A stretch of 64,000 nt of DNA, from positions 343,108,001-343,172,000 of the forward strand of contig OZ024743.1 in the NCBI GenBank assembly GCA_964016885.1, written 5' to 3'. The DNA comes from Eledone cirrhosa (Eukaryota). The position numbers were made by a program, and so were the translations under genes. Shown piece by piece: positions 42,214 to 56,654 of this stretch; position 1 is the first letter of the stretch; each line of letters opens with the position of its first letter. The notes under the pieces are model-generated. The model was not told where the DNA came from. It ran no database searches and was given only the letters and a program-made list of their open reading frames with translations.

Positions 42214-42767
42214 ACGTCAGTATACAAGTCTTACTACATTAAGTAAACGCTCCTGCAGTGTTTATTTAAACAAATAATATAGGCGAACCACTTGTTAAAG
42301 TCCAGTTATATAACGATTTATGTTGTAAATATGTATGTTGTTGATTTTTATACTATTTTTCTTTCAAGTTTACTGTGTAGAAGGAATGAAGTGTATGGTT
42401 TTGTTGGGTGATGGTGTGCATAAGGGTGTTGTTGTGTGTTTTGTATGTGTGCATATATGTTGCATGTGTGTAGAGAGGGTGTTTGCCTGTGTATGTGTAT
42501 GGATGTCGGTGTTTATTTTTCATTGCTTTATATCTAAGCATGAGCGTGAGTTTCTTTTTATGCGCAATTGTTGGGATATATGTATGTATGCATTTATGTA
42601 TGTTTATATTTGTGCATAAAAATGTATGTATACATATAGGTATGTATGCCTGCATTTTGATATGTATATATATATATAAGTGTGTGTGTGTTTATATGTA
42701 TGCATATAAACGTATGTACATGTGCACGTTTGTATTTATGTGTATGTGCATATCTATGTATATTTGA

Positions 42768-42809
<42 letters not shown>

Positions 42810-42839
42810 CAATATGTATATATATATATATATATACAT

Positions 42840-42891
<52 letters not shown>

Positions 42892-44344
42892 GTATTTGTG
42901 TGGCAGTGTGCGTGTATGTATATTTTATTTTTATTGTTATTATTTCAACAAATCTTGACATTTCTTGATCTTTGTAAATTTATTTCCAGCTTTCCATGTA
43001 AATGAAACAAGTTAAGAAGAGAAAACAGTGAAAGGGTTGATTAGTTTCGTATTCTGCGAGATCTGAACAGCAATTGTTATACTATATTCTAACAATTTTC
43101 TACTGAGCTATTGAAAGCAACGAAATAACATGACTTGCATATAACTCCTTTATTCAATATAATCTAATTGATATGCTCCTTCTCTTTCTTAACATTATGG
43201 GCAGGAGCTGATTTGATGTGGGGGGCGGGGTTCTTTCCTTTATTGTTTTTTGTTTGTTGTTTTTTTTTAATTTGTTCTTTATATGAGATTATTCGGTGTA
43301 AAAGTTGCTATTATTCCTACCTCTAACCTATTAAAGAAGGCGATGAATTAGCAAAGATACTAAAACGTAGGATAGAATACTTTGCAGTATTTATTTTGGC
43401 TATCTGCACTCTGAGTTCAAAACCCGCCGATGTTAACTTACCCTCTCATCTTTTCAAGTTCGATAATAATGTACCAAACCTGAACTAAGGGCGATTTTTC
43501 CTGAGGGTCAGCTTTCCATGTCAACCTTTCAAGGTCGATAAATAAAGTACCAATACTGGGTTGATTCTTCCTCTTTCTCATTTTCTCTTTAATCCTCTGA
43601 ATATTTCTCTGAAAGAAATCGTCTATGTTCAGACCTGCAAAGGAATGGTTTAAATATCCAAGACACGCTGTATATCGCTACGGCGCCCCTACTACTCCAT
43701 CATAAGTTCAAAACCCATGGATGGATGGATGGATGGAAGGGTGGATGGATAGAATTTATTTTAAATGTGATACCTACGATTAAAAAATTACTGAGTTCGA
43801 TTCTTGATTTTTTCCTCCTGGAAAAAATGATATGCTTACATGCACAGATTTTAGGTATATTTTTTTCTTTTACTTCTTTCAGTCAATAGACTGCGACTGT
43901 GCTGGAGCACCACATTGAAGAGATGTACTTGATCACTTTGACCCCAGGGCATATTGTTTTCAATTCTGGTACCTATTCTTTCGATCTCTATTAGTCAGAC
44001 TGCTACGTTACGGGACATAAACAAACAGTGAACGTAAACACAAATACAGACGGACACAACCAAACATACATATACACACGTGTGTGTGTAAGCTTGTGTA
44101 TATTCTTTAAATCTATCAACCAATGACCTCCACCCATCCCAATCACCACCGTCCCCTACCACCAGAAAATGTATAAATACCACCATATTACATTGACAGT
44201 CGACTTTCCTGGTAATTTCCTTCGATTGAAACAGTTCTAGTCCTGTAGAAGCCATTTATATATAAAATATTTATTCTCTGCTATGTATTGAGAACCTTAC
44301 TTACTGTGGTTAACCCCGATTGAACCCGGGATACACACACACAC

Positions 44345-44407
<63 letters not shown>

Positions 44408-44492
44408 TGCGCGTGTGTGTATATGCGACTGGCTTCCGCACAGATTCCAGATATCAAATTTGGTCAACACGGGTCTATAGTAAAAAAAATAA

Positions 44493-44676
44493 TTATTTCT
44501 ACTTTAGGCACAAGGCCAGCAATTATCCCAGTGCATTACTGGTACTTTATTTTATCGACCCCGTAAGGATGAAAGGCAAAGTCAACCTCGGCGGGATTTG
44601 AACTCAGATCGTAAAGGGACGTAACTATGCTGGAAAGCATGGCGTCCGACCCTCTACCGATACTGCCAATCCACCG
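44493..44676 (-). mobile_element. SINE (dominant family)
   Basis: Reverse complement of the same consensus. Confidence 0.85.
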
Positions 44677-44871
44677 CCTAATACTTGCCAAAGTGCTGCA
44701 CGGTGGAAGTGAACTCGAAACCACGTGGCTGCAAAGTGAACTTTTTAACCACGCAGCCATGCATGCTCCTATGCTAATATTTTTGTTGTTGTTTTTCTTT
44801 TATTTTGTTTATTTATTTTAGTTAGTTGGAAATGAAGCGGCGATAAAACCTGTCTATGATCTTTGTTTAGT

Positions 44872-45190
44872 GAAGGCGCGTGGCTTTGTGGTTAGGCTAT
44901 TCGGCTCACGTTCGTAAGGTCGTGAGTTCGATTCCAGGCGGCGTGTTGTGTCCTTGAGCATGACACTTTATTTCACGTTGCTCCAGTCCATTCAGCTGAC
45001 AAAAATGAGTTCTACCTGTAATTCGAAGGGTCAGCCTTATCACATTCTGTGTCGCGCTGAATCTCCCTGAGAACTACGTTAAAAGTACGCGTGTTTGTGG
45101 AATGCTCAGTCACATGCACGTTAACTTCACGAGTAGGCTGTTCTGTTGATCGGATCAACTGGAACACTCGTCGTCGTAACTGACGGAGTG
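44872..45190 (+). mobile_element. Second tRNA-derived SINE family (CORE/V-like central domain)
   Basis: A box tggctttgtggttagg, B box gagttcgattcc, then tgtgtccttgagcatgacactt; related tail at ~50940-51100 and fragments at 15190-15430. Confidence 0.7.
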
Positions 45191-46361
45191 CCTTCCTGAT
45201 ATTCTGTTTAAAGGATTCGTATGTCGAAGCCTGTAAATAAAATAAAAACGTTTGTTGGGGTACGGGAATTCCAGAGAGCACCAAAGTGTTTAGTTTATAC
45301 ACAACATGTATGGCAAGATATGAAGATATCAGTATATCGGATATGATTTGGGAGGAACTTATTAATTCAGAGCAACAGGTAATTTCTGTAGCAGTGGAAT
45401 TGGAGTTGTTAGAACGTCGGAATTTGTTTCGGATCTCTGCTCTCCGAGTTCAAATCTTGTCAAGTTCAATTTTGTCTTTCATTCTTTCGGAATTGGTAAA
45501 TAAAGAAGCAGTCCAGGGGCGTTGGATTGGCGGGATTGTTAGGGAGCTGGACAAGCTGCTTTGCAGTATTTGATTCGTCTCTGTGCGTGCTGTGTTCAAA
45601 ACCCGCCTTCTTGTGCCAAATGAAAAAATGGAAAAAGTGTTTAATTTATACACAATAGGTATGACGAGATATGAATTTATTAGTATGTCGGATATGGACA
45701 GGGGAAAGCTTGCTAATTCAGAGGAATGGCCACTACCAGTAATAATACTACATCGTCTTCCAACGATGTAGAGGACATGGACAGAGCAGGAGTAGCAGTG
45801 TATTGGAGGTATTAAAAATGTAGAAAAAGAACATTTTGCCCACATACACACACACAAAAGCTGAACCTTGGTTAAAGCAAGTAGAAGTGCTCCAAGTTCC
45901 AAGGCTTTCTTTGTGGAACTGATAGAAGACTTTGTGCAAAAAGATAAAGACGGTGTGTTTATTAGTGAGGCGGAAATAAGGTCAAAGTAATTCAAGAGAC
46001 CTTCAAAATCTAGTGTTTTAATGAAGTTAGTTATCTATATATCTAAAACAGAGAGTGTCTGCCTGTCTGTCTGTCGCACTCCCTAAAACTCGAGAACCAC
46101 CCAACCGATTGTTTTCAAACTTTACACATGTAATACTTATGGTCGAGTGAGTGTTTTGAGTAAAATATATTTCAAATTTTCAATACCCTAGGGACCGCAT
46201 TAGGCGATTTAGCGATCTCTCTCTCTCCCTCTCTCTCTTAGTCTTTCTTTTTAGATAGATACATAGCTACGACGTCGCGCCCTTATAATATCTATCTGTA
46301 TGTCTGGCTGTCTGCATTACGACATTATGACGCTGTTTGTGTATATATATATGTATATATA

Positions 46362-46418
<57 letters not shown>

Positions 46419-46426
<8 letters not shown>

Positions 46427-46543
46427 CCGCGTATAGATCGTACTATCCGTTAGGGTATAATGTGGGGCTGTATATATATTTATATATATATACAGCCCCA
46501 CATTATACCCTAACGGATAGTACGATCTATACGCGGATATTTT
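46419..46543. repeat. Palindrome made from the PLE ORF end/3' UTR with a (TA)n centre
   Basis: aaatatccgcgtatagatcgtactatccgttagggtataatgtggggctgta and its reverse complement; the right arm matches ~49086-49138. Confidence 0.88.
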
Positions 46544-47280
46544 ACGTCTTGATGTGGTAGCTTAGTATATGTTATGTTTATATCATTACTTATTTGTATA
46601 GGTTGTATATATTACCTGTATGTTTTGTGAAGGTACATATACTTTCTCGTACGTATATTTGATTGCATATGTTATGGCGTATATTTTATATATTCTGGTA
46701 CATATGCTTTTGCGTCTGTGTGATTATGCGGGTTCGTACGTATGTATGGTGTGAGTATATGTGTACTTCGTGTTTTGGTTGACGTACGTCTCCGAAAATA
46801 TGTGTATTTACGTGTAGGTATGTGTGTGCGCTTGTTATATACGTATTTATTTATTTATATACGTTTATTTAATTATTTGTATACACGCGCACACACACGT
46901 ATTTATATGTGCGTATATTTGTATACCTACGGCGAGTTTTTCGCGTATGCTTGTGTATGTACGTATATGGATGCGTGTATGTATTTATTTAATTTCAATT
47001 ATCTCTATATTTTATTTACTTTATTCTTAACTCTGAAGCGTTTCCTAATTCGGTTTCCTAGTTAGAATTTTAGTCTACGACTTCAGCTATACCATTTACG
47101 TGGTTTTGTCTTTGCGTGCAATTGTTCTCTATGCTCCACATATGACGTAATATCTTCGTTTTTTCCGTTCATTGCCAGAGAACGTCTCTGTGAACCACCT
47201 AATAGAATATTAGTCTACGACTTCTTTTATACCATAAACGTGGTTTTGTCTTTGCGTGTAATTGTTTTTCACCGCTCCAA

Positions 47281-47470
47281 ATAATTGTTTCTACTTTTGG
47301 CACAAGGCCAGCAATTACCCAATGCATTACTGGTACTTTATTCTATCGACCCCGGAAGGATGAAAGGCAAAGTTAACCTCGGCGGGATTTGAACTCAGAT
47401 CATACAGGGAGGTAACTCTATGCTTCAAAGCATGGCATCCGATCCTCTACCGATACTGCCAATCCACCGC
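47281..47470 (-). mobile_element. SINE (dominant family) inside the PLE repeat region
   Basis: Reverse complement of the SINE consensus. Confidence 0.85.
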
Positions 47471-47611
47471 CTTATAATGACGTATTATATTCGTTTTTTC
47501 CCGTTCTTTGCCAGGGAACGTTTCCACGAACCAAAGTATCGTCTTCCTGTCTTCCTCCGGTTGCAACGTTTTTTGAAATATTCACTTCTGCGTTCACAGA
47601 TTGAATTTGTT

Positions 47612-47662
47612 AGTTTCAGAAGATCCCGTTATGGGTGAAAGCAGCCATTCTTTGCTTAAACT
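47612..47662 (+). ncRNA. Hammerhead-like motif (U4A variant) of the PLE terminal repeat; copies at 49293-49343 and 49524-49574
   Basis: agttt-CAGAAGA-tccc gtta(a/t) ggg t-GAAA-GCA..TGC-TT-aaact. Confidence 0.5.
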
Positions 47663-47797
47663 TTTATCTGTTATTTTAATAAATATTTGCTCTACGGTTC
47701 TTATATATTTGATATATATTTATCCTTATCGAGCCCTCTTTGGATTTTAGTCTTCAAATTTATTATTATTACTATATATATATATATATATATATAT

Positions 47798-49114
47798 TTC
47801 GCTAAAACACTCACAGGGGTTAAGGATTTCGAAGTTGATGTCATCCTCAATGCCCGTAAGTCGGTGATTAATTTCGACGACTCTATTTGGATTAAAAAAT
47901 CCAATAGTACCCCATTCGACGTGAGTATGGGCGCCAGCGATTCTGCGGAGGTTACTGATCTTATCGGCCTTTTCCTTCTTTTCTCTATCAAGGACGAATT
48001 GCCCAACGCGGGTGGTGGTTTTTACCGTGATGATGGTCTTTTGACCATGACTAAGTGCGGACCTCGTGCTTGCGACAGTTTCAGAAAAAAACTCACAGCC
48101 TTCTTTAAAGGCTTCAACCTCTCTATACAGGTTGAGGCCAATCTCTCGGTCGTTAATTACCTCGACGTTACCCTCAATTTATTGAATGGGTTGTATTACC
48201 CGTATAGAAAGCCGAATGATACGCTTAATTACATAAGTAAGCATTCCAACCATCCTGCCAGCATAACCAAGAACCTGGTAAGAAACGTTTCGTTGAGGCT
48301 TTCCCGTCTATCTACTAACGAGCATATTTTCAACGACCATTCCACTTATTACAATGAAGCTCTTGCTCGGAGTGTATTTGTCGATAAGGTAGCATATACA
48401 GAGTACGAAAATAGACCTAGAAGAAATAGATCCCGTCGCATTTGTTGGTATAACCCACCATATAATATGGAGGTGGCCACACCATTAGCTAAGATCTTTC
48501 TTTCCCTTATTACGAAGCATTTTCCCCCTACACATAAATATAGTAAAATTTTTAATAGAAATACTATTAAAATTTCTTACTCTACAACTCCTAACCTTGC
48601 ACATAACATCACAGCTTCAAATTTAGCTAAACTACCTAGCCGTAGGAACACGTGCAACCCTGTTAGTACTAACTGTAATTGTAGGAATCGGGTTGATTGC
48701 CCCCTATCCGGGAAATGCCTCTCTAGTAACATTGTCTACAAATGTAAGGTTGAAACACCCATGTCCCGTAGGGCCTACATAGGGTTAACCGCCAATAGAT
48801 TCAAGCAGCGTCTTTACATGCATACCCATTCTTTTCGTTACCCTCTAAGAAGGAATATGACGTCCCTTTCAGCTTATATCTGGAGTCTAAAAGACAACCA
48901 CACCCAATATAAGTTACACTGGGAGATCCTAGCTAGTGCTAGATCGTATAACGGAAATAAAAGACCATGTGACCTCTGCGCCGCTGAGGCCCCGGAAATA
49001 CTCTACGCCACAGACCACATCTTAAACAAAAAATCTGAGGCAATTTCGGCTTGTAAACATAAATTGCACAAAACTTTCCTGTATTACAGCCCCACATTAT
49101 ACCCTAACGGATAG
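47798..49114 (+). CDS. 5'-truncated but uninterrupted PLE (Naiad-like) RT + GIY-YIG ORF
   Basis: FDVSMGASDSAEV, FYRDDGL, NYLDVTLNL, SNHP, WYNPPY, CNCR..CPL.GKC, IVYKC..AYIGLT..FKQR..H, CDLC; begins abruptly after (TA)n at 47797. Confidence 0.9.
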   Translation, partial: FAKTLTGVKDFEVDVILNARKSVINFDDSIWIKKSNSTPFDVSMGASDSAEVTDLIGLFLLFSIKDELPNAGGGFYRDDGLLTMTKCGPRACDSFRKKLTAFFKGFNLSIQVEANLSVVNYLDVTLNLLNGLYYPYRKPNDTLNYISKHSNHPASITKNLVRNVSLRLSRLSTNEHIFNDHSTYYNEALARSVFVDKVAYTEYENRPRRNRSRRICWYNPPYNMEVATPLAKIFLSLITKHFPPTHKYSKIFNRNTIKISYSTTPNLAHNITASNLAKLPSRRNTCNPVSTNCNCRNRVDCPLSGKCLSSNIVYKCKVETPMSRRAYIGLTANRFKQRLYMHTHSFRYPLRRNMTSLSAYIWSLKDNHTQYKLHWEILASARSYNGNKRPCDLCAAEAPEILYATDHILNKKSEAISACKHKLHKTFLYYSPTLYPNG

Positions 49115-49363
49115 TACGATCTATACGTGGATATTTTACGTCTTGATGTGGTAGCTAAGTATATGTTTTGTTTATACCATTACTTATTTGCATAGGGAAC
49201 GTTCCCACGAACCAAAGTATCGTATTCATGTCTTCCTCCGGTTGCAACGTTTTTTTAAATATCCACTTCTGCGTTTACAGATTGACTTTGTTAGTTTCAG
49301 AATATCCCGTTAAGGGTGAAAGCAGCGATTCTTTGCTTAAACTTTAATCTGTTATTTTAATAA

Positions 49364-49477
<114 letters not shown>

Positions 49478-49587
49478 CGTATTTTGAAATATTTACTTCT
49501 GCGTTCACAGATTGATTTTCTTTAGTTTCAGAAGATCCCGTTAAGGGTGAAAGCAGCGATTCTTTGCTTAAACTTTAAGCTGTTATT

Positions 49588-49662
<75 letters not shown>

Positions 49663-51165
49663 TATATATTCGTGTACAGATATTTTTGCACACACAATTA
49701 CAAAATATAAACAAACGTATTTATTTCACGAGGCTCGATAAGGATAAATATATATCAAATATATAAGAATCCTACAACAAATCCCGAGCAACGCCGGGCC
49801 ATTCTGCTAGTATTAACTTAAAACTAGCCTACCTTGAGGTTATGAGATGCTTCGTACTATGCCAAACTCCCAAAAATGTTTACGACTGTCTTTGGTTGAA
49901 CAAAGTTTCAGTATAAGAAATGGTCAACGGACAGGGAAAAGACAATAAAAGGTGTGAGAAGCACCAAATTGAAGGTTACAGTTCTTGGCATAAATGAAAA
50001 ACTTATAGAACTACTAAATTAATTGAAAGAAGAAGAAAGTTGCTGCAATATTGAGAAGGAAGTGGGCTCCGATTTTATCGAACCCTAATTGATAGACTAA
50101 TAATGAAGAACACTGATATTCTGAGAATAGTAAGACATAACTTTATATATGATGTGAGTGATTACTTACCCAATCTAACGCCAAAGTTATTCGCCGGCGC
50201 CTTTGGGTAGAGCAGTTTCAAAATGTAGCAAGGAGACATGCTATACATTGCTCTGACCCAACCTACTTGATGGATCCTCATCCGTGTGTTAGAGGATTAC
50301 TGTATCTGTTCTTTGTGTGTGATTTTTAATATTTATTTTTAATTATTTGATATTTTCTTTTGTTGTCTATTTAGTCATTATTGTACATTTACTTTTTGTA
50401 TAACATCTCTGACCTTTACCTAATTTTTTCTACATGGTTGGTCTGGATGAAGGAGCAGTGCTTATGGCCTTTACAGATCCTCCGAGATTGGATAGATGGC
50501 TGCCATTGACGTTCAACTTAAAATGTTGCATATTTTCTCCTTTTGAAAAGACACGAGTAGAGAGTTCCAGAGAATGTCAGAGAGTTCCAGAGAGTTCCAG
50601 AGAGTGCTAGAGAGTTCTAGAGAATGCTAGAGAGTTCCAAAGAGTCGCCGTTTTAAGAAAGAAGGGCTTGGCATAGTAGTTAGTACGGACAGTGGATGAT
50701 TAAATACAATATAGGTAATGAGAACATGAGAGACGAGTGAGTCGGGTATGCTCGTGTGAGGTGACATGAGGCTAGGAAGCTCCGAGAAGCAGAAACTATT
50801 GTGACCTCCTTTCTATAACGTTTAATTGTGTGTATGTGAAAGCAACATAGTCGAATGGTTAAGAAGTTCGCTTTGTAATCTTTAGGTCCTCGGTTCGATT
50901 CCAGTCGGATCGACCCATACCTTATTTGGAGGTCTGTGGGATGGACTGTATCGGCTTTGTCAGGTACTGTGTCGCGCTGAATTTCCCTGTGAATTACGTT
51001 AATGATATACATACCTGTAGAATGCTCAGTCACTTACACGTTAATTTCATGAGCAACCTGTTCCGTTAATCAAACATTTAGAACTCTTATTGTCGTAACC
51101 AACAGAGGGCCGTCAATTGTGTTGTGTAAAATAACCCTGATGACAACAAACAAGGTTGTTGTTGC

Positions 51166-51199
<34 letters not shown>

Positions 51200-51460
51200 G
51201 ATGATGTAGTGGTGGTGGTGGTGGTTCTGGTGTTGGTGGTGCTGGTGGAGGTGGTGGTATTGTTGTTGGTGTTGTTGTTGTTGCTGCTGCTAATGATGAT
51301 GATCATGATGACGACGACGATTACGATGATGATGATGACGACGATTCTAATGATGATGATGATTATGATAATGATGATGATGATGATGATGATGATGGTG
51401 GTGGTGATGGTGATGATGATGATGGTGGTAGTGGCGCTGGTTAAGGGAATGATGGTGGTA

Positions 51461-52135
51461 ATAATTGTTTCTACTTTTGCACAAGGCCAGTTATTACCCC
51501 AGTGCATTACTGGTACTTTATTTTATCGACCCCGTAAGTATGAAAGGCAAAGTTAACCTCGGCGGAATTGAACTCAAAATGGAAAGGGCCGTCAAAGCAT
51601 GGCGTCCGACTCTCTACCAATACTGTCAATCTACCTGATAATAATGGTTTCTTATATAGACACAAGGCCAGCAATTTGGGGGGAGGGGGAGTCGATTAAA
51701 TCGACCCCAGTGCGTGACTGGTACTTTATTTTATCGACCCGTAAGGATGAAAGGCGAAGTTAACCTCGGCAGGATTTGAACTGAGACCGTAAAGGGCCGT
51801 GACTCTATGCTGCAAAGCATGGTGTCCGACTCTCTACTGATACTGCCAATCCACCACTGATAATAAAATTGTTTCTACTTTAGGCACAAGGCCAGCAAAT
51901 ACCCAGTACATTACTGGTACTTTATTTTATCGATCCCGTAAGGATGAAAGGATAATAATTATTTCTACTTTTAGCACAAGGCCAGCAATTACCCAGTGCA
52001 TTACTGGTACTTTATTTTATCGACCCCGTAAGGATGAAAGGCAAAGTTAGCCTCGGCGGGATTTGAACTCAGAATGGCAAGGGCCGTAACTCTTTGCTGC
52101 AAATCATGGCGTCCAACCCTCTACCGATACTGCCA
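51461..52135 (-). mobile_element. Head-to-tail cluster of about four SINE copies (one partial)
   Basis: Repeated cacaaggccag..ggtactttattttatcgacccc.taaggatgaaaggc blocks at ~51480, 51660, 51885, 51975. Confidence 0.85.
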
Positions 52136-52372
52136 GATAAAGTTCATGAGGATGAACATACCGCTACTGTTGCTATATTGTTGCTTACGATGATGATGAT
52201 TGTGGTGGTGGTGACAATAATGATGATGACGAGAAGGTGGATGCTGTGTAAGCAGGAGGAGCAGAAGGTGGGGGGGGACATCCATAACATTATATTTAGC
52301 GACTCAAAGAATATTTAGAAATAATGACAACTCCTCCCACAAAGGATAAACATTTCACATAGCTGATATCGT

Positions 52373-54620
52373 GTGAGAGAGGTGTTGGTGGTGGTGGTGG
52401 TGGTGGTGGTGGTGGTGGTGGTGGTGGTGAGGGTGGTGGTGGTGGTGCTGGTGTTGGTGCTGATGGTGCTGGTGCTGATGGTGCTGGTGGTGGTGGTGCT
52501 GGTGCTGGTGGTGGTGGTGGTAGTGGTGCTGGTGCTGGTGGAGGTGTTGGTGTTGTTGTTTGGTGGTGGTGGTGCTAGTGGTGGTGGTGGTATTGTGGTG
52601 GTGCTAGTGGTGGTGATGCTAGTGGTGGTGGTGGTGGTATTGTGGTGGTGCTAGTGGTGGTGGTGCTAGTGGTGGTGGTGGTGGTGGTGCTAGTGGTGGT
52701 GATGCTAGTGGTGGTGGTGGTGGTATTGTGGTGGTGCTAGTGGTGGTGGTGCTAGTGGTGGTGGTGGTATTGTGGTGGTGCTAGTGGTGGTGATGCTAGT
52801 GGTGGTGGTGGTGGTATTGTGGTGGTGCTAGTGGTGGTGGTGCTAGTGGTGGTGGTGGTGGTGGTGCTAGTGGTGGTGGTGCTAGTGGTGGTGGTGGTAT
52901 TGTGGTGGTGCTAGTGGTGGTGGTGCTAGTGGTGGTGGTAGTGGTGTTGGTGGTTGTGGTGGTGGTGGTGGTGGTTGTGGTGGTAGTGGTGGTGGTGGCG
53001 GTGGTGGTAGTGGTGGTGGTGGTTGTGGTGGTGGTGGTGGTGGTGGTGGTGGCGGTGGCGGTAGTGGTGGTGGTGGTGGTGGTGGTGGCGGTGGTGGTGG
53101 TGGTGGTGGTGGCGGTGGTGGTAGTGGTGGTGGTGGTGGTGGTGGTGGTGGTGGTGGTTGTGATGGTTGTGGTGGTGGTTTTGGTGGTGGTGGTGGTGGT
53201 GGTAGTTGTGGTGGTAGTGGTTGTGGTGGTAGTGGTGTTGGTGGTTGTGGTGGTGGTGGTGGTTGTGGTGGTGGTGGTGGTGGTGGTGGTGGTGGTGGCG
53301 GTGGTGGTAGTGGTGGTGGTGGTTGTGGTGGTGGTTGTGGTGGTGGTGGTGCTAGTGGTGGTGGTGGTGGCGGTGGTGGTGGTGGTGGTGGTGGTGGTGG
53401 TGGTGGTGGTGGTGGTGGTGGTGGTGGTGGTGGTTGTGATGGTTGTGGTGGTGGTTTTGGTGGTGGTGGTAGTTGTGGTGGTAGTGGTTGTGGTGGTAGT
53501 GGTGTTGGTGGTTGTGGTGGTGGTGGTGGTTGTGGTGGTGGTGGTGGTGGTGGTGGTGGTGGTGGTGGCGGTGGTGGTAGTGGTGGTGGTGGTTGTGGTG
53601 GTGGTGGTGCTAGTGGTGGTGGTGGTGGCGGTGGTGGTGGTGGTGGTGGTGGTGGTGGTGGTGGTGGTGGTGGTGGTGGTGGTGGTGGTGGTGGTGGTTG
53701 TGATGGTTTTGGTGGTGGTGGTGGTGGTAGTTGTGGTGGTAGTGGTTGTGGTGGTAGTGGTGTTGGTGGTTGTGGTGGTGGTGGTGGTTGTGGTGGTGGT
53801 GGTGGTGGTTGTGGTGGTGGTGGCGGTGGTGGTAGTGGTGGTGGTGGTTGTGGTGGTGGTTGTGGTGGTGGTTGTGGTGGTGGTGGTGGCGGTGGCGGTA
53901 GTGGTGGTGGTGGCGGCGGTGGTGGTGGTGGTGGTGGTGGTGGTGGTGGTGGTGGTGGTGGTGGTGGTGGTGGTGGTGGTGGTGGTGGTGGTGGTGGTGG
54001 TGATGCTGATGATATGGATGGTGAGGATTATGACGACGACGACGGTGATGATGATGATGATCAGGAGGAGGAGAATGAGGAGGAGGAGAAGGAGGAGGAG
54101 GAGAAGGAGGAGGAGGAGAAGGAGGAGGAGGAGGAGGAGGAGGAGGAGGAGGATGAGGAGGAGGAGGAGGAGGAGGAGGAGGAGGAAATGAATGATGATG
54201 ATTATGACGATGAGGATGATGATGATTTATATGGATGGTGATGATTATGACGAGAGTGATAACCACCACCACCACCACCACCACCACCACCACCACCACC
54301 ACCACCACCACAACCACCACCACCACCACAACCACCAACACCACTACCACCACAACCACTACCACCACAACTACCACCACCACCAAAACCACCACCACAA
54401 CCATCACAACCACCACCACCACCACCACCACCACCACCACCACCACCACCACCACCACCACCACCACCACCGCCACCACCACCACCACTAGCACCACCAC
54501 CACCACAACCACCACCACAACCACCACCACCACTACCACCACCGCCACCACCACCACCACCTCCACCACCACCACCACCACCATCACCACCACCACCACC
54601 ACCACCACCACCACCACCAC
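52373..54620. repeat. (GGT)n-derived tract with higher-order units, GAG/GAT spacer and an inverted (ACC)n arm
   Basis: Variant unit gttgtgatggtt..ggttttgg..gtagttgtgg..gtgttgg at ~53157, ~53433, ~53697; its reverse complement lies at ~54262-54500. Confidence 0.85.
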
Positions 54621-54954
54621 GATGATGATACTGATGTTAGTTGTGACGGCGGCGTGTGCGGCGGCGATGACTGTGGTAGTGATGGTGGCAATCAGTGGAA
54701 TTTGTCATGAATGTGGGCAGGCCAATCCACGCTGGGACTATCTACCAAGACAGACAGATATGGGGCTGTAAAAGGGTTATTATGGACATTATTTGGCTGC
54801 ATTCTCTGTGTAATGGTACCCTGATAAGCGGAACATACAGCAACAATAACATCTACAACAGCCTAAATATAATAAATGATAGTAAATAAAACAATTGTAA
54901 TAACATCAGCAAAAGTAGCAACCAACATTTACTGTATCATCAACCGTAGCAGGC

Positions 54955-55440
54955 ATCAACGGCAACAGCGAGCGGGGCAACAACGAGAACAACAATAACA
55001 ATAACAACAACGAGAACAACAATAACAATAACAACAACAAGAACAACAATAACAATAACAACAACAACAACAACAATAACAATAACAACAAGAACAACAA
55101 CAAGAACAACAATAACAACAAGAACAACAACAAGAACAACAATAACAACAAGAACAACAACAAGAACAACAATAACAACAAGAACAACAACAAGAACAAC
55201 AATAACAACAAGAACAACAATAACAACAAGAACAACAATAACAACAACAACAACAATAACAACAACAACAACAAGAACAACTATAAAAATAACAACAAGA
55301 ACAACGACGAAACCAATAATAACAACAACAACAACAACGAGAACGATAATAATAACAACAACAACAAAGACAACCACAACAACGAAGACAACAACAACAA
55401 CATCAATAACAACAACAACAACAATATTAACCTCAATAAC
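54955..55440. repeat. (AAC/AAT/AAG)n trinucleotide tract
   Basis: Directly visible. Confidence 0.9.
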
Positions 55441-55753
55441 GTTTACTAACCCTTAAAACTTTTGAAATTATTCTCGCTCTTCTTAAATCTCTTAAACTCT
55501 CACTCTCTATCTATCTATCTATCTCTATCTCTCTCTTACTCTCTCTCTCTCTCTCTATCTATCTATCTACCTATCTTTCTTTCTCTCTCTATCTATCTAC
55601 CTATCTATCTATCTATCTTTCATTCTCTCTCTCCCCCTCTCTCTCTCTTTCTCTCTCTCTATCTACCTATCTATCTATCTTTCACTCTCTCTCCCTCTCT
55701 CTCTCTATATATATATACATTTGTCTCTCTCTCCCTCTCTCCCTCTCTCTCTA

Positions 55754-55797
<44 letters not shown>

Positions 55798-56393
55798 TTT
55801 GTCTCTCTCTCTCTCTATCTCTCTACATATACATTTGTCTCTCTCTCTCTCTCTCTCTCTCCCACAAATAGTTTGCCTCGTCCACTAATGTCCATTAAAA
55901 AACTCATCTCACACTATTTAATTATATATTACATGAAAAATAAATTTGAAAAAACAACTAACAGCACTTCAACTCTACATTCTTTCTCACCAATCCACTC
56001 TTACACTTTTTATACAGCTAAAATATAATTAATCAAATCATTAGTATTCACTCCAATTTTGATTAAATTACTCATAAAATAATAAATTTACAGAATTTTG
56101 AATACAATATATTTTATAGAAACTTTCAAAATCCAGTGAAAAATTACAGAATATTTGGAAGAATATATTGGCACTATAAATATTACAAAATGAGAAGAAT
56201 GGAAGGTTTTAGGCCAGGTATGTGTACTCTTTATTCGTATAACAAAAACACATACACACTTACATACATGTGTGTGTGTTTGTGTGTGTATGCGTGTGTG
56301 TGTATTTGTGTACCTCGTTTTGAACAAAGTTTTTACCTATAACCAATACCCAATTGTAATTTGTGTTTATATTATGTGTGTGAGTGTGTATGC

Positions 56394-56465
<72 letters not shown>

Positions 56466-56583
56466 CTAAATAATAACAAAACACACTGTTTGGTTGGTTT
56501 TCGCTTCTGTATCTTTTATATCTCCATAGTTAATTCATTTGGCAATCAATGTTTATCATTGATTGACCAACGGTTAAAAATAC

Positions 56584-56654
<71 letters not shown>

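Noticed and set aside
47687-47797. N-terminus of the 475-aa ORF
   Set aside because: Non-ATG start running through pLTR tail and (TA)n; real homology begins at ~47798.
52902-54771. Long poly-Val, poly-His/Pro and poly-Thr ORFs (could mimic Gly/His-rich beak proteins or mucins)
   Set aside because: They are translations of trinucleotide repeats; 29-bp subunits in the upstream part shift the Gly frame, and no signal peptide or convincing splice sites were found.
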